NCBI GenBank assembly: GCA_021613535.1
Contig: CP075495.1
Span: 7,440,001-7,504,000, forward strand
Source of the DNA: Adineta vaga
Lineage: Eukaryota; Animalia; Rotifera
DNA: 64,000 nucleotides
Direction: 5' to 3'
Positions 39,753 to 53,609 of the stretch are shown here, piece after piece. Both the position numbers and the translations under genes were made by a program. The notes below the pieces were generated by a model. It had not been told where the DNA came from. It saw only the letters and a program-made list of their open reading frames with translations, and ran no database searches. The stretch's first letter is position 1; every line of letters begins with the position of its first letter.

Positions 39753-42700
39753 TTATGGAGATGATATTAAAACGTTAAATGTTCGAATTTGCATTGGAAT
39801 AAGTCTAATGGTAGAGTTAGCCATTAGTTTAGCATCTAGCGAAAAAGGAACATTATATATTTATTAGAAATAGTAAATTTAAACAAATATCTACCAGGAA
39901 TATTGATATGAGATGATTCTTGTCCACCAGTTAACCATTTGAGTCGTTCTAAATCAATCAGTGCTAAATTTGCAGTAAGTGTTAATTCTACGAGTTCATC
40001 AATTTTTCCTATAGAACTGAATATAGATTGTAGATCAAATGTTACTGGATGAGAATAAGTTTCGTCTTCATTCAGTTCAAAAAAGTGTTCAACACGAACT
40101 CGATAAACGCTCGGTATCAATTGTTCAAATGTTAATAGATGGACGTTCATTGGCAATGTATCAGTCAATGCTGACCATGTTTGACGATAAGCAGCGGCAT
40201 AATTATCATAGGTTTGTTGTGTCAATGAATATGTCGGTAGTGGATGCATAAATAAACGTTGAGAACCAATTCGATGATAAGCAGCACTTGACGCTGGTGG
40301 TTCAAGAAAAAGAATATGTTTACCACGAACAACAAGACCCTCGCCATAGGCAGATTCATTTAATGGTTCACCGACGCCGAGCCGATCATCGTATAAAAGA
40401 CGTCGATGTACCATGAGTTCCACTGAACCATCATGAATGCTACTACCACCTTCGGAACGATCTACAAGTAAAAACAAACATGTCATCGAGATTGTTCTCT
40501 CTCTCTTCATACCTGTAAGAATAGTAAATTGTCGATCTTGTTCTTTGATCCAAATGCGACTGTTGACTGGATAGTAGTTTCCAGCAACTGTTTCTACAAC
40601 TGTATAGTTCCATGTTGGTCGATAATCTCTTGTTCGTTCAAGAACTTCTCGTCCATTTGCATCGGTATAGAATTTCGATGCACTTTGAATATCAGTATCA
40701 TAACGAAGAACGATTTCTTTACCAATATTGTCGTTGATAGGAATAGGTCCAACTGTCCATTCAACTTCAACATATTCTGCATCGTCATATAAGCTAATTT
40801 CTTGACTTGCCCAATCATTGAAAATAATTACAGCAGTTTGTACATTTTCTGCTTTTATACATGTACTAAATAAGATGAGATATGAGTACGAAAAAGATCT
40901 AATAAAAACAATGCATACATGGAACGTGTAGTGCTAACAGGTTGTGGACTCGGTGAGAATGGTCGAAAGATGTATGCACCAGATGCTTGAAATTCAGACT
41001 GAGAATTGTTACCGGCAAAACCTGAAAAATACATACACATGACGATACAGCTAGATTAATGAGTTTTGTCGTTAACGTACCTTGATACCAGTAGAATCCT
41101 TGACTACTAAATGATACGCCAATACTTTTGTCAGAATTTACAATCTGATGAAGATTGCCTTGATCATCAAAATCTACTCGAACATGCTGAACGTAACAGA
41201 ATAAATATTTGAGATATATGTGCAATTTCTGATTTTTACTTTATTTTGTAAAACACATTCTTCATTATGTGTAATTTTTACTGTTGATTTTTCATTCATC
41301 TTTTGATCAGCTACACAAACAGAACAAAGTAACATTATTATTGAAAGACTTGTTTTTCATATTAGAATACTATACGTTTTTTTTCGAAATAGTATGTTGC
41401 AAAACCGAGAGCTGGTAAACTGGCTTTGAAGATGATTTGTTTTTGTGTTAAACTTGTACGGCCCGGTATTTTTTGTGTCGGTTCCGATATTGGAATGAGC
41501 TAAAAAGTTACAGGAGAAAGAATATATTCAAAGAAATTCAAGTGTTGAGTACCTCTGTAAAAAGAAGTTGTCCTGTTGGATCACGAACTGTATAATCTGT
41601 TCGAACAGGTACTCGAACATGTTGAGTAACCGAATGAATGACTGGATTCCATAATATCAATGTAAACTGTTTCAGAACAAAAATCGTAAAAAGATAGAAA
41701 CTATATTTGTTATCTTACACGGTCTTGTCCTTCGATTCCTAAGCATTGACTAATATTCGATAGTTGACAAAGAAATTGGGCCTGTAACGGTGGTGATTGA
41801 CTATCTTTGGGTAAAAGTTTAGCATAAGCTTGATTGACAACATCCTTAACAAGAATAAGATAATGAATTTTTGGAACATATTTCGGTACATTGACAATAA
41901 TCAAAATACGCAATGATTTTGTTTACCATTGCTGTATGGATGCCATCAGATAACCGTTGAGCATAGTCAAAAACAACTTCTTGCTTTTCTGTTCCACTGA
42001 CTGCATCATGATGTTGTGCAACACCCATAGCTTCACCTACATATTCATTAGTCAGATAGGTAGAAGTTGAGAATGATTTATGTTCTCTTACTTAATGGAA
42101 AGATAGCATCTCGTAAATTAGTATTGGCAAAAGCATTAAGTTGTCGTGTGACTTGAAGAATATTGTTTGAATGACGTTCGTAACGTTTGAAAGCAGCACG
42201 TGAAGTGAAGTAACCAGTCCAAAATCCATGCGGATGATGAGCATATGGAAAAAAGTCGTCAGTTTTCGATTTCCAGGATCGATCAGCTTTATTCAGAGCA
42301 TATAAATAGCACGATGGTGTTGAATAAAAGACATTGACATTACTACCGTTTGCTTGCTATGAATAGAGTTATAAGAAAAGTTAGTTTAAAAAATGAAAAA
42401 AAGAATATTGAAGTATACTTCAGCATTAACATATTTGATCAATTTATCTAAATTTTTGAAATTTTGGTTGGCATCTTCGTATTGGAAATCACCACCAAAT
42501 GTCATTACTATATGATTAGTAGCATAACCAGCTGCCTACAAAGAGCAAAAGTACTCATATTTTTGACAGAACATTTAATAAAATCATGTTTTTCATTGAT
42601 TTCATATCCTTAACATGTTTCTCTATCTAGTTGGATTATTTCTGGATGAGAGATACGAACCTCATTATGAGCAGTTTGAATGAATGTCTGGACGCGTTCT

Positions 42701-43961
42701 CGAATATTGACATCATTACGACGATTATCATCCTATAGAAAACATATATATCATTATCATATTTATATTTAATAAATTGTTTTAAGTAGATATCACTCTA
42801 TCGAGTGTATAAGCAGTATATAATTGAAAGCTAAGACCAACTGACGAATATCTACATACTTACCATAATAGGATTATCACTACATCTGTAATCAAAACAG
42901 AATGAACCTGGTGCACCGTAGCCATTTGGTAAAATACCGGTAAATAGCCAACTCTGATCACCTAAAATACACTTCATTCTCAGAATACTATTCAAAACAA
43001 CGTCCATGTATCTTTCTACAACTCACCCAAGTTAGCACTTGCTTTCCATACCATTTCCATAGTTTTTGTTCGGTTTCGTGTTTGATAATCTTCATAATCA
43101 GCACGACCAAAGAATAGACCATCGAAACCCATCTACAAAACCATACAATTCAGTCATTTATCTTAGTATTTACTCTAGAAAAATAGTCCATACTTGTGCA
43201 AAGAGTGAAGCTTGCTCGCGAGAGTGTCCAAACGGATCGATTTGCCAACCGATTTTTGGTCGACCACATTCACCAAATTCTTCGTGTAGAAATTCTGCTC
43301 CAAGTGTATGTTGATCGATAATAGAATTGTAATGTGTGGATGCTTCATCGTTCATACACCATCCACCAGAGATAAATTCCAAACGACCTTATCATAAAGA
43401 TGAAACTAACTCTAGAAGATAGTTAAGAAAAGAAGCGGAACATACCTTCATTGACAAATTGTTTGACTTTATCGCGTATATCCTCCGTTTGTTGATTCCA
43501 CCAACGCCAGAAAAAGCCAATTTCAACATAGATGAATCGTCGATCAGGATTTTCATCTAATGCCACTACAACTGAATCAAGAATATATTGTACAGCCGCA
43601 TGTTGTATATCATTACGTGCTAAAAAGAAGAAAAAAAATAATAATGATGATTAAGAAGAAGTTTTATATTGACGAAATCGGTTGAAAATATAAAGATTAA
43701 TCTACATACCACCATAATAATATTGATCAACGGTTTTCAACCATCCTACATCATCATGGGTATGTGCAACAATATGCACGTTGAGCTTGTTTGGATCACC
43801 AAGGTTACAAGCCTTTTATCAACAATAAATTTGGTTAAAAGAATTCTTGAAACTTCAGTTTTACTCACTTCGTAACCACATCCATTAGTCGATCTAGTTG
43901 GGACGGTATAACATAACGAGATAAGACAAACAAGAAATCCGCAAGTTATTGAGAAATGCAT
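39753..43961 (-). CDS. MAN2B1: Lysosomal alpha-mannosidase (GH38), copy A
   Basis: Signal peptide, [70 protein letters not shown] and PMQIRTF. Confidence 0.96.
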
Positions 43962-44715
43962 AATTTAAAAACCACCACTGCATTTGAAAAAGAAAAACAC
44001 ATAAATTTATATACAGAGATAGAAGATTCATCTATGCTTACAGTATGTGGTCGATATAGAAATAAAGAATGAAGAACACTAGTAGCTATAATATATATAG
44101 AGTGAGTAAAAATAAATATTCAAGTTAATGTTACCTCTGAATTCTTATATAGAAGATATAATGACTAAATTTTACTTGCACATTGGTTAGTTACATATAA
44201 TTTTTGATAAGAAAAGTACACATAGAAAATGATATAGATAATAGTAGGCAACCGAAAAGTATTGCTAACCAAGAGATTTCATTTCGTTGACAATGTAATT
44301 GCACAAAAAGATAGATACGAACGAGAAAAAAATAGTTCGTGCATATATTTAGTAATAATTATCGCACTCCTTACTCGCATTTTTCACAATCTGAAGAGTG
44401 TGATGAGTAGAATAGTCTTATGATAATAAATAGTCTATATGTATTCTTTAGTTATAATACAGTACATGAAGCAGTTCTCTTTTTAACACTGCGATCTCCT
44501 GAAATATATATTTTATTGTAGTTTTTAAATAAATTTAAATCTTCTTTGTAATCATATAATAAATAATCAATACAAGAAAAAACTGATTTATTTTTCTTTG
44601 ATCCTAGTTATTGAATGACAATTAAGAAGAAAATTAGTAAACAAATATATTTTCTAAATAAAAAATGAAAAAATGTTTTTTTCCAAGTCAAGATTATTGT
44701 CTTTCAATTCAACAC

Positions 44716-47700
44716 TTATGTCACGGTAACACGGAATGTTCGAATTTCCATTGGATTCAAAGTGATATTTGTATCAGTCAATGTTGTTTCTTCTAATACG
44801 AAAAAAAAAGAAAATATTTCATTCGATAGTCATTTTATCAATCAAAGAACTTACGAGGAACATTGGTTTGAGCCATTTCTTCATTTCCAGTAACCCACTT
44901 GAGTCGATGTAAATCGGATAATGCTAAATTTCCAGCAAGTGTCATTTCAACCAAATTATTAATTGTTCCTAATGATTTAATGATCGATTGTAAATCAAAT
45001 GTTACTGGATGAGAATAAGTCTCATCTTCATTCAATTCAAAATACTGTTCAACACGAACTAAATACTCTTTTGGTCCTAATTGATCTAATGTTAATAGAT
45101 GGACATTCATTGGCAATGTATCAGTCAATGCTGACCATGTTTGACGATAGGAAGCTGAATAGCTAGCATAGGGTTGTTGAACTAATGCATATGTTGCAAG
45201 TGGATGCATAAATAAACGTTGAGAACCAATTCGATGATAAGCAGCACTTGACGCTGGTGGTTCAACGATAAGAAAATGTTTACCACGGACAACAAGACCT
45301 TGACCAAATGCCGATTCATTTAAAGCTTCTCCAACACCAAGAGAATCATCATACAATATACGTCGATGTACCATGAGTTCCACTGAGCCATCATGAATGC
45401 TACTACCACCTTCGGAACGATCTACAAGTACAAACAAACATGTCATCGAGATTGTTCTCTTTCTCTCTCTCTTCATACCTGTAAGAATAGTAAATTGTCG
45501 ATCTTGTTCTTTGATCCAAATGCGACTGTTGACTGGATAGTAGTTTCCAGCAACTGTTTCTACAACTGTATAGTTCCATGTTGGTCGATAATCTCTTGTT
45601 CGTTCAAGAACTTCTCGTCCGTTTGCATCGGTATAGAATTTCGATGCACTTTGAATATCAGTATCATAACGAAGAACGATTTCTTTACCAATATTGTCGT
45701 TGACAGGAATAGGTCCAACTGTCCATTCAACTTCAATATATTCTCCTTCATCATATAGGCTAATTTCTTGACTTGCCCAATCATTGAAAACAATTCGAGC
45801 TGTTTGTACATTTTCTGCTTTTAAACATGTACTAAATTATAAGAACAGTTGAAAGAATTTTTATCAATTGATATGAACACTCACATTGTACGAGTAGTAC
45901 TAACTGGTTGAGGAGTAGCTGAAAGTGGTCGGAAGATGTATGCACCAGATGCTTGAAATTCTGATCGAGAATTGTTACCAGGAAAACCTAAATCAACGCA
46001 ATCGAATGGTTGTCGTCGTAGCAGTTCTAAACATACTTTGATACCAATAAAAGCCTTGATTGTGAAATTCAACAGCAAAACTCTTTTTTAAATTGACAAT
46101 ATGTCCAATATTGCCTTGAGCATCAATTTCAACTCGAATATTCTATCGAAACAATAAATTATATGTATAAATGTAGCATAAATGCATTCTAGACTCACTT
46201 GGTTTTGTAAGATACATTCTTCGTTTTCAGTAATTTTTACTTTTGGTTCGGTACGTTCTTCATTTGCTAAAGTAGACAGAGTCGTTTAAATTGAATAATT
46301 ATAAAATAAAAATTAACAAAATGTTACTTTTAGCTTCGAAAAAATAAGTATTGAAACCAAGGGCTGGTAAGCTAGCTCTAAAGAGTAAATCATTTGTAGC
46401 AGAACTAGAACGTCCTGGAATATTTTTGGTTGCATCAGAAATTGGAATAAGCTAGAAACAAAAGAAAAGTATGAGATGATCATTAGCATCTGGTATCTTT
46501 AGGAAAATATTACTTCAGCCAAAATAGGTTGTCCTGTTGGATCACGAACTGTATATGCTCTTGTTACTGGAACACGGAAATGGTGAAGAATCGGATGAAT
46601 AGTTGGATTCCATAAGGTTAATGTGAACTAATTCATAAAAGAAGGATTTACAATCTAAGTAAATTTGAATATATATACTCGAGTTTGATCTTGAACCGTT
46701 AAACATTCACTAATGTTTGTTAATTGACATAAAAGTTGAGGTACAGACGGTGGTGGTTGACCCACTTTGGGTAAAAGTCGTGAATATGCTTGATTAATTA
46801 CGAGCTAAAAATATAACGAAAAATAATAGGTCTTAGTTACACATACAACCTTATAAATCTCTCTTATGGAATGTCACGCAAATTCATTTCTCATTGAATA
46901 CCTACATTTGCTGAGCTAATGCCTTGAGCCAATCGTAGTGCATAATCAAAAGCAACTTCTTGCTTTTCTGTTCCACTAACTGCATCATGATGTTGTGCAA
47001 CACCCATAGCTTCACCTACATATTTATTAGTCAGATAAGTAGAAGCTGAGAATGATTTGTGTTCTCTTACTTAGATAGAAGATAGAATTTCGAAGATTAG
47101 TATTGGCAAAAGCATTAAGTTGTCGTGTGACTTGAAGAATATTGTTTGAATGACGTTCATAACGTTTGAGAGCCGAACGTGAAGTAAAATAACCAGTCCA
47201 AAATCCATGTGGGTGATGAGCATATGGAAAGAAATCATCAGTTTTTGAAGTCCAAGCACGTTTAGCTTGATTCAAAGCGTATAAATAACACGAAGGAGTA
47301 GAGTAGAAAACATTGACATTGCTACCATTAGCTTGCTTTAAAAACAAAGTTAGTTAGTTTTTAGATAGAAAATCTTTCAATAGAAATATACTTGAGCATT
47401 AACATATCGCATAAGTTTATCCATATTCTTGAACCATTCATTGGCATTTTCATATTGAAAATCGCTACCCATGGTCATAATTATATGATTAGTAGCAAAG
47501 CCAACTGCCTATTAAAGAGTAATACTCTCATTATGTATCATGTAAATCTACGATAGATTTTAAAACTATTTCGATACGAACCTCATTTTGAGCAGTTCGA
47601 ATAAAACTTTGAACACGTTCTGGAACATTATAATCGTGTAATCGTGGATCATCCTAAAATATATAGATATATAAATATTATCATTAATCAAATGCATTAA

Positions 47701-48825
47701 CAGAATATGTTATGAAACAAAAGCTTTTCAACAAACCATAATAGGTGGATCAGCACAGAAGATATCGTAACAGAATGAATCTGGTGGACTATATCCATTA
47801 GGTAAAACACCAGTGAACAACCAACTTTTATCACCTAAAATACACTCCATTCTCAGAATACTATTCAAAACAACGTCCATGTATCTTTCTACAACTTACC
47901 CAAGTTAGCACTTGCTTTCCATACCATTTCCATAGTTTTTGTTCGGTTTCGTGTTTGATAATCTTCATAATCAGCACGACCAAAGAATAGACCATCGAAA
48001 CCCATCTACAAAACCATACAATTCAGTCATTTATCTTAGTATTTACTCGAGAAAAATAGTCCATACTTGTGCAAAGAGTGAAGCTTGCTCGCGAGAGTGT
48101 CCAAACGGATCGATTTGCCAACCGATTTTTGGTCGACCACAATCACCAAATTGATCTCGTAAAAATTCTGCACCAAGTGTATGCTGATCGATAATAGAGT
48201 TGTAATGTGTCGAGGCTTCATCGTTCATACACCATCCACCAGAAATAAATTCCAGACGACCTGTTTTAGTAAGAGTTGTTTAATAAATAATAGATAGTAC
48301 GACAACTAAGATGATTAACAAACCTGCATTAACAAAGTCTTTCACTTTATTACGTATTGCATCTGTTTGTTGACTCCACCAACGCCAGAAAAAGCCAATT
48401 TCAACATAGATGAATCGTCGATCAGGATTTTGATCGAGTGCATGTATGACTGAGTCAAGTATGTATTGTACACCAGCATGTTGAATATTGTTACGTGCTA
48501 TATTGAACATATTTCATGGTTATATATTTTTTGAAAACATCTCATAAGAATGATATTCTTATAGAGAGAAATGATTTACCTCCATAAAAGTATTGATCGA
48601 CTGTTTTCAACCATCCTACATCATCATGTGTATGTGCAACAATATGCACATTGAGTTTGTTAGGATCACCCGAGTTACAGGCCTATAATTGAAAGAATAG
48701 TATTTCTAATTTATTCATATGAAATTATTTACATCGTAACCACAGGTATTTGACTTCTTGGTTGGGGCTCCAAAGCAAAGAGCAATTCCAACAAGGATAG
48801 CTACAGCATAAGTTGTAACGTACAT
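44716..48825 (-). CDS. MAN2B1: Lysosomal alpha-mannosidase (GH38), copy B
   Basis: Same motifs and matching intron positions as copy A. Starts [13 protein letters not shown] and ends [12 protein letters not shown]. Confidence 0.96.
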
Positions 48826-49589
48826 TATTTAAAAACCACTATTGAAATGAAAAGAAATGATTTCTCGTTTCAAAAGATACGAGCTAATATAAAACTTTAC
48901 CTGATGTGGTTGATATAGTAGAGAAAAAGAAGACTAGAGAACACCAAAGTATGAAACACGGTTTTGTTTGAAATGAAATTATCAGCCAATATTAGATAAG
49001 GACTTCTATGTAGAAAGTATTACAGCTAAAGTTTTGGCTCGTCATTTTTTTTTCACGATAATAGATAAGAATTTATATTGAAGAAGAAAAAAAGATGATG
49101 ATAATAGTTAGTCTTTGTTAGTTGCTGATTGTCGGCACGCCCTTTATTTAACTAGAGGGTCAAGATAATTGCAAACAGTGCCCAACTGTAAGAGAAGCAT
49201 TATATAATTAAATTTTTTTATGTAAAAATAGTTGCAAAAATCATACACTCTTATAAGATTATCATATATATAACACATGAGAAATTTACAAGTTAAATTT
49301 CTATCATCTTATAATGATAATCTTTCTACTTCACACTGATTGATTGTTCATTAAACAAGATTATATCTTCATCGTTGTTACTTTATATTTATTTAAAGAA
49401 AAGAATTAAAACAGATATATGTATTATTTCTACAAGAATGACTATGACTATCTTCTCATCAATATATATATATATATTTCTTTATTGAATCAAAAAAAAA
49501 GATACAGTTCACCATACTATTTACAGAAAAACATTCTGCGCAAGATTCAGATGTAAATAAAACCGATATTAATGCATTCCTTCATTTAT

Positions 49590-50051
49590 TCATTCATCAG
49601 CTTCTCCAATTTGTTTCTTAATTTTTTCAACCATTTGTTTATCTAATGTCTTCTGTCTTGATTGAACAGTTACTATCGCCAATAATCCAAGAATAAACAT
49701 AGAACATTCAAATAGCCAAAATTGCTGTCTTTGAATATGAATAGGTTTTTGACATGAACGAGCTGTTTTTACATTTGATACTGAACAAAGTACTATCTCT
49801 CGATAACCCGTTGGTAAACAAGCATTCGCTTTCGAACGACGTTGATATGATGTACATCTCTGACACGTTCCAATTACATCGACTGGTTCATTCAAATAAC
49901 ATTCACTAATTTGTTGTTCATCCTCGATTTTTACTGATGTTTGACGTGAGTAAGATGGAACTATTCGACCAAAAAATAAAACACTCAAAATAACGAAACA
50001 GACAGCAAAAATAAAGAAAATTAAACGACGACGAGTAATAATATCAAGCAT
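49590..50051 (-). CDS. JTB: Jumping translocation breakpoint protein (JTB)
   Basis: N-terminal hydrophobic segment, six-Cys domain (CYLNE...CQRCTSYQ...C.PTGYRE.V.C...RSC), FWLFE TM segment and C-terminal RQKTLDK...KQI. Confidence 0.9.
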   Translation of the reverse strand: MLDIITRRRLIFFIFAVCFVILSVLFFGRIVPSYSRQTSVKIEDEQQISECYLNEPVDVIGTCQRCTSYQRRSKANACLPTGYREIVLCSVSNVKTARSCQKPIHIQRQQFWLFECSMFILGLLAIVTVQSRQKTLDKQMVEKIKKQIGEADE

Positions 50052-50646
50052 GGAGTCGTTGAGTTTAATTCACATTTAATTGAATTCTAAAAGTAAAAGA
50101 AAAGATAGTATACATCATCTGCATCTCAACAATAGAAGAGTAAGAACGAAGACCATTTTTGTTGTCGAACTCTTACTGAAAAAATATTTTTCACTATATA
50201 AGCAATTCGGACGAATAGGAAACTATAAAATCTTTATAAAATAGGTATTATGTTGATTTTCAATTGATTATTTATTCGTCAAATTTGATGATGATGTGTT
50301 CGATGATGAATAATATTAAAACCAGAGAGATAATTCTCTTTCATTAAATGATTTCTGATGGGATCGTAAGTATCCAATCAGATTTTCAACAGTGACATCT
50401 ATCGTTGGAAATAGAAAACTATAATTAAAATTTTACAAAAATCAAAATTCTTTTCTTATGATTTTTGTCTTATTTTTTTTTTAAATTTCAATAAAACTTA
50501 TCATCACCAATGGCAAATTATTTTGTTCTTTATTTCTATTTTATTTGTTGTTTTTTTCTCTCACTGTCTTCATTCTTTCATTTACTGATAATATTTCATC
50601 GTATCGTATTTGTCAGACATATTATTCATCTAATCATATTTGCAAA
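50052..50646. promoter_or_regulatory. Probable bidirectional promoter region between JTB and PABPN1
   Basis: Head-to-head start codons ~600 bp apart, with CCAAT motifs at ~50374 and ~50507. Confidence 0.5.
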
Positions 50647-51628
50647 ATGGATTCCAATGGTACAATAGCACAACATGGAAATGCAGGTGGTGCAGAAGTA
50701 CTTCTCAGTCCAAGTCGACAAGAAAGTCTTTCTGGATCTTTTCTCGAAGCATCCGAATTGAGTGATGAAACTGATATTGAAACAATGCGACAACGAATAC
50801 AAGAAATGGAAGAAGAAGCAGAAAAACTAAAACAAATGCAAGTAGAAGTTGAACGACAAATTCAATTACCTGGTACACCAGGAGCAAGTACGTTTATTTT
50901 TATTTGAACATTTATTTCTTCTATTCATTTCTGTTTATTTTACAGCTCAATTTCCAACCATTGAAGAAAAAATGGAAGCCGATCAAAAATCAGTTTATGT
51001 TGGAAATGTAAGTATAGAAACATTCTTTATTATTGAATAATTAATATATATTATGAATAGGTTGATTATACAGCAACAGCACAAGAACTTGAAAATCATT
51101 TTCATGGTTGTGGATCTATCCATCGTGTAACTATTTTATGTGACAAATTTACTGGCCAACCCAAAGGGTAAGAAAAATGAAAAAAATTCCCAGAAAATGA
51201 AAGAAAATCAATTATTATTTGTATAGCTTTGCATATGTTGAATTTGCTGATAAAGATTCTGTACAAACGGCTCTTGCTCTCGACGACTCATTATTCAAAG
51301 GTCGGCAAATTAAAGTAAATTATTATATCTAATATTCCTTCATATGTAAAAAAAACCCATATATTAAAGGTAATTGAAAAACGAACAAATCGTCCAGGTG
51401 TAACAACAACAGATCGCCCACCTCGTGGTAGCTTTCGTGGTTTTGGTCGTGGTCGATTTTCCCGTGGTAATGCTTATATGCCTTATGTAGCTTCACCTTA
51501 TCGAGGTCGAATTGCTCGACCTATGTTTCGGTATGTATGAACAAATTTTTCTCTTCACATTCTAGCAAGATTATTTTCCTTTTCCTAGTGGTCGCGGTCG
51601 TTCAAGTTATTTCTATTCACCATATTAG
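50647..51628 (+). CDS. PABPN1: Nuclear poly(A)-binding protein
   Basis: Coiled coil [28 protein letters not shown]...HFHGCG...[25 protein letters not shown]-rich tail ending YSPY*. Confidence 0.97.
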
Positions 51629-51989
51629 AACTTACAATTCATATATACGAAATAGACAAGAAGAAAAATATTCGGACGGCAATATTGGATCTATTTCGTT
51701 CGGTGAGGAAAATCTTCTATTATTTCCTTGTTTCGCGTTGTCTCTGTCAATTGTAGTTGTTTTTTCTGTACTTTATTTCTTTATCATTGTTGTGGGAAAT
51801 TAAGAAAACAAAATTTCTAACAGATCATAAAAGTTGCACAAAACTAGCGTTTTTTTTCTTGATAATATGTTTATTCATAACAGACTAATCCATTTGTTTT
51901 TTTTCTTTTAAAAAAAAGAACTATAGGAGATGATGCACGGAATGTATGTGTCTTGGCTACGTTTTAATCTGCGGATTTTCCACCATTTC

Positions 51990-52135
51990 ATATAAAAAAA
52001 AAAGATTTAAAAAAATATGAAAAAAAGAAAATTTAAAAAAAAAGATAAAAAAAAATAACTAAAGAAAATTAAAAAAAAGGGAAAAAAATAAGAAAAAAAA
52101 GAAAAAAAATAATAATTAAAATAAAAGAATAAATG
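51990..52135 (+). repeat. Long interrupted A-rich tract downstream of the PABPN1 stop
   Basis: About 145 nt of successive A5-A10 runs, ending in AATAAA at ~52128. Confidence 0.9.
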
Positions 52136-53609
52136 AAATGGTGTTCATTTTGCAACAAACAATCCACATCGAATGTCAAATAGTAAAGTAAATGTATAGT
52201 TTCTTTCTTATTTTTCTATATAATGTTTACAATTTTTTTATGTACTTTTTTTTCATTATTTAATACAAGTTTATACGCAGTATAACATAGAATGAGAAGA
52301 CAGAAAGAACTTTTGATTAATACGAAACGATTTTGATGATTTTTTTTTTGTCAAAATGCAGATGTGATATAAATGAAACGAAATGGAATTACTTAAATAT
52401 ATTATGTATGCATAATTGATTTACAAGTAGATCATCAAAGAACAAATGTCCAGAAAAGATTGGATATATTTGAATGAATTTTCCTCAATTTGATTATTAT
52501 TTTAGATCAATGCATACATTTATCAAATAGTCTATATGAAGTTGTTGTGTTCTCAACTATTCTGTTTTTAATCAAACATTAGTTTTAATTCCATTCATAT
52601 CTTATTCAATAGAAATAGAATAGCTGGAAATATTTATAATACTAATCTTATTTCTGAGAAGTATTTGACCTTTGATTATACTATATCTTTATTAATCGAA
52701 TAGTATCAGATTTCTATGTACAATGAATTCTCGTTTCGAAATAACTACCAATCCTATTTTTCTCTTGAAAATTTCGCAATATTATGCGTCACTGAATGAA
52801 AAATTACACCATCGATATGTAACGAATTGTCTCATATTTTGTTCAGAATTGAAATCAAAAAGAATTACATTTCAGTCTAGAAATTATCAATAGAACGTCA
52901 TAGTTATTAATCCACAGAATTGCACCATCTTTCATTCTTCGAAAGAGAGATGGAGCAAGAACAGTTATTCACCCAATGAATATCTTCCCTTTTCTTTCTT
53001 TTTCTATGTTATTTTTTCTTCCTTGCATTTATCTTCAAGGGATTGTTGATTATTTATCCTTGTGACTTGTATCATCTAATCATAGTTTTTGTTTTGTTTA
53101 TTTCTTTCTTCTCATTAATTACTTTCCATACGCCAATAAGATGCAGTTTTCGTTTTTCCCAGATAACTGGTGAAATTCTTCTGTAAAATTTTCCGTTTCT
53201 TTCATAAAATATAAAAACAAAGTCATAAATTGACTTGCGCTTGTGCAATTTTTTCTCTTTCTATATAAGAGATTCTTATAAATACATCATGCATTCTTTC
53301 TTTTTGCATGTAGATTAGTTCATACTATTTTATTCGAAATAAAGAAGTATACGAGTATAAGTTATAGATAGATATTATTGTGACATGCTTGACTAGATTG
53401 TTAACGATATGTATATTTTTGAAAAAATACTCGTCAATTTTTCCCCCTATATGTCATAGTCGTGCAATGATTTTTCTCTTCCTACTCTTTCTAATTTCTC
53501 CGTGAAGTAGACAGGTAAGCGTAAATTAGAAAAAAATAATTAGACGTAGTAATAGAGACAGTTGAAAGACAATTTATACGTATATATAATTATTTGACGA
53601 GTGAATCGT

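Noticed and set aside
40039-48154. Paired + strand ORFs (40529/45393 and 43066/47939) that look like duplicated genes
   Set aside because: They are antisense shadows of the near-identical mannosidase tracts.
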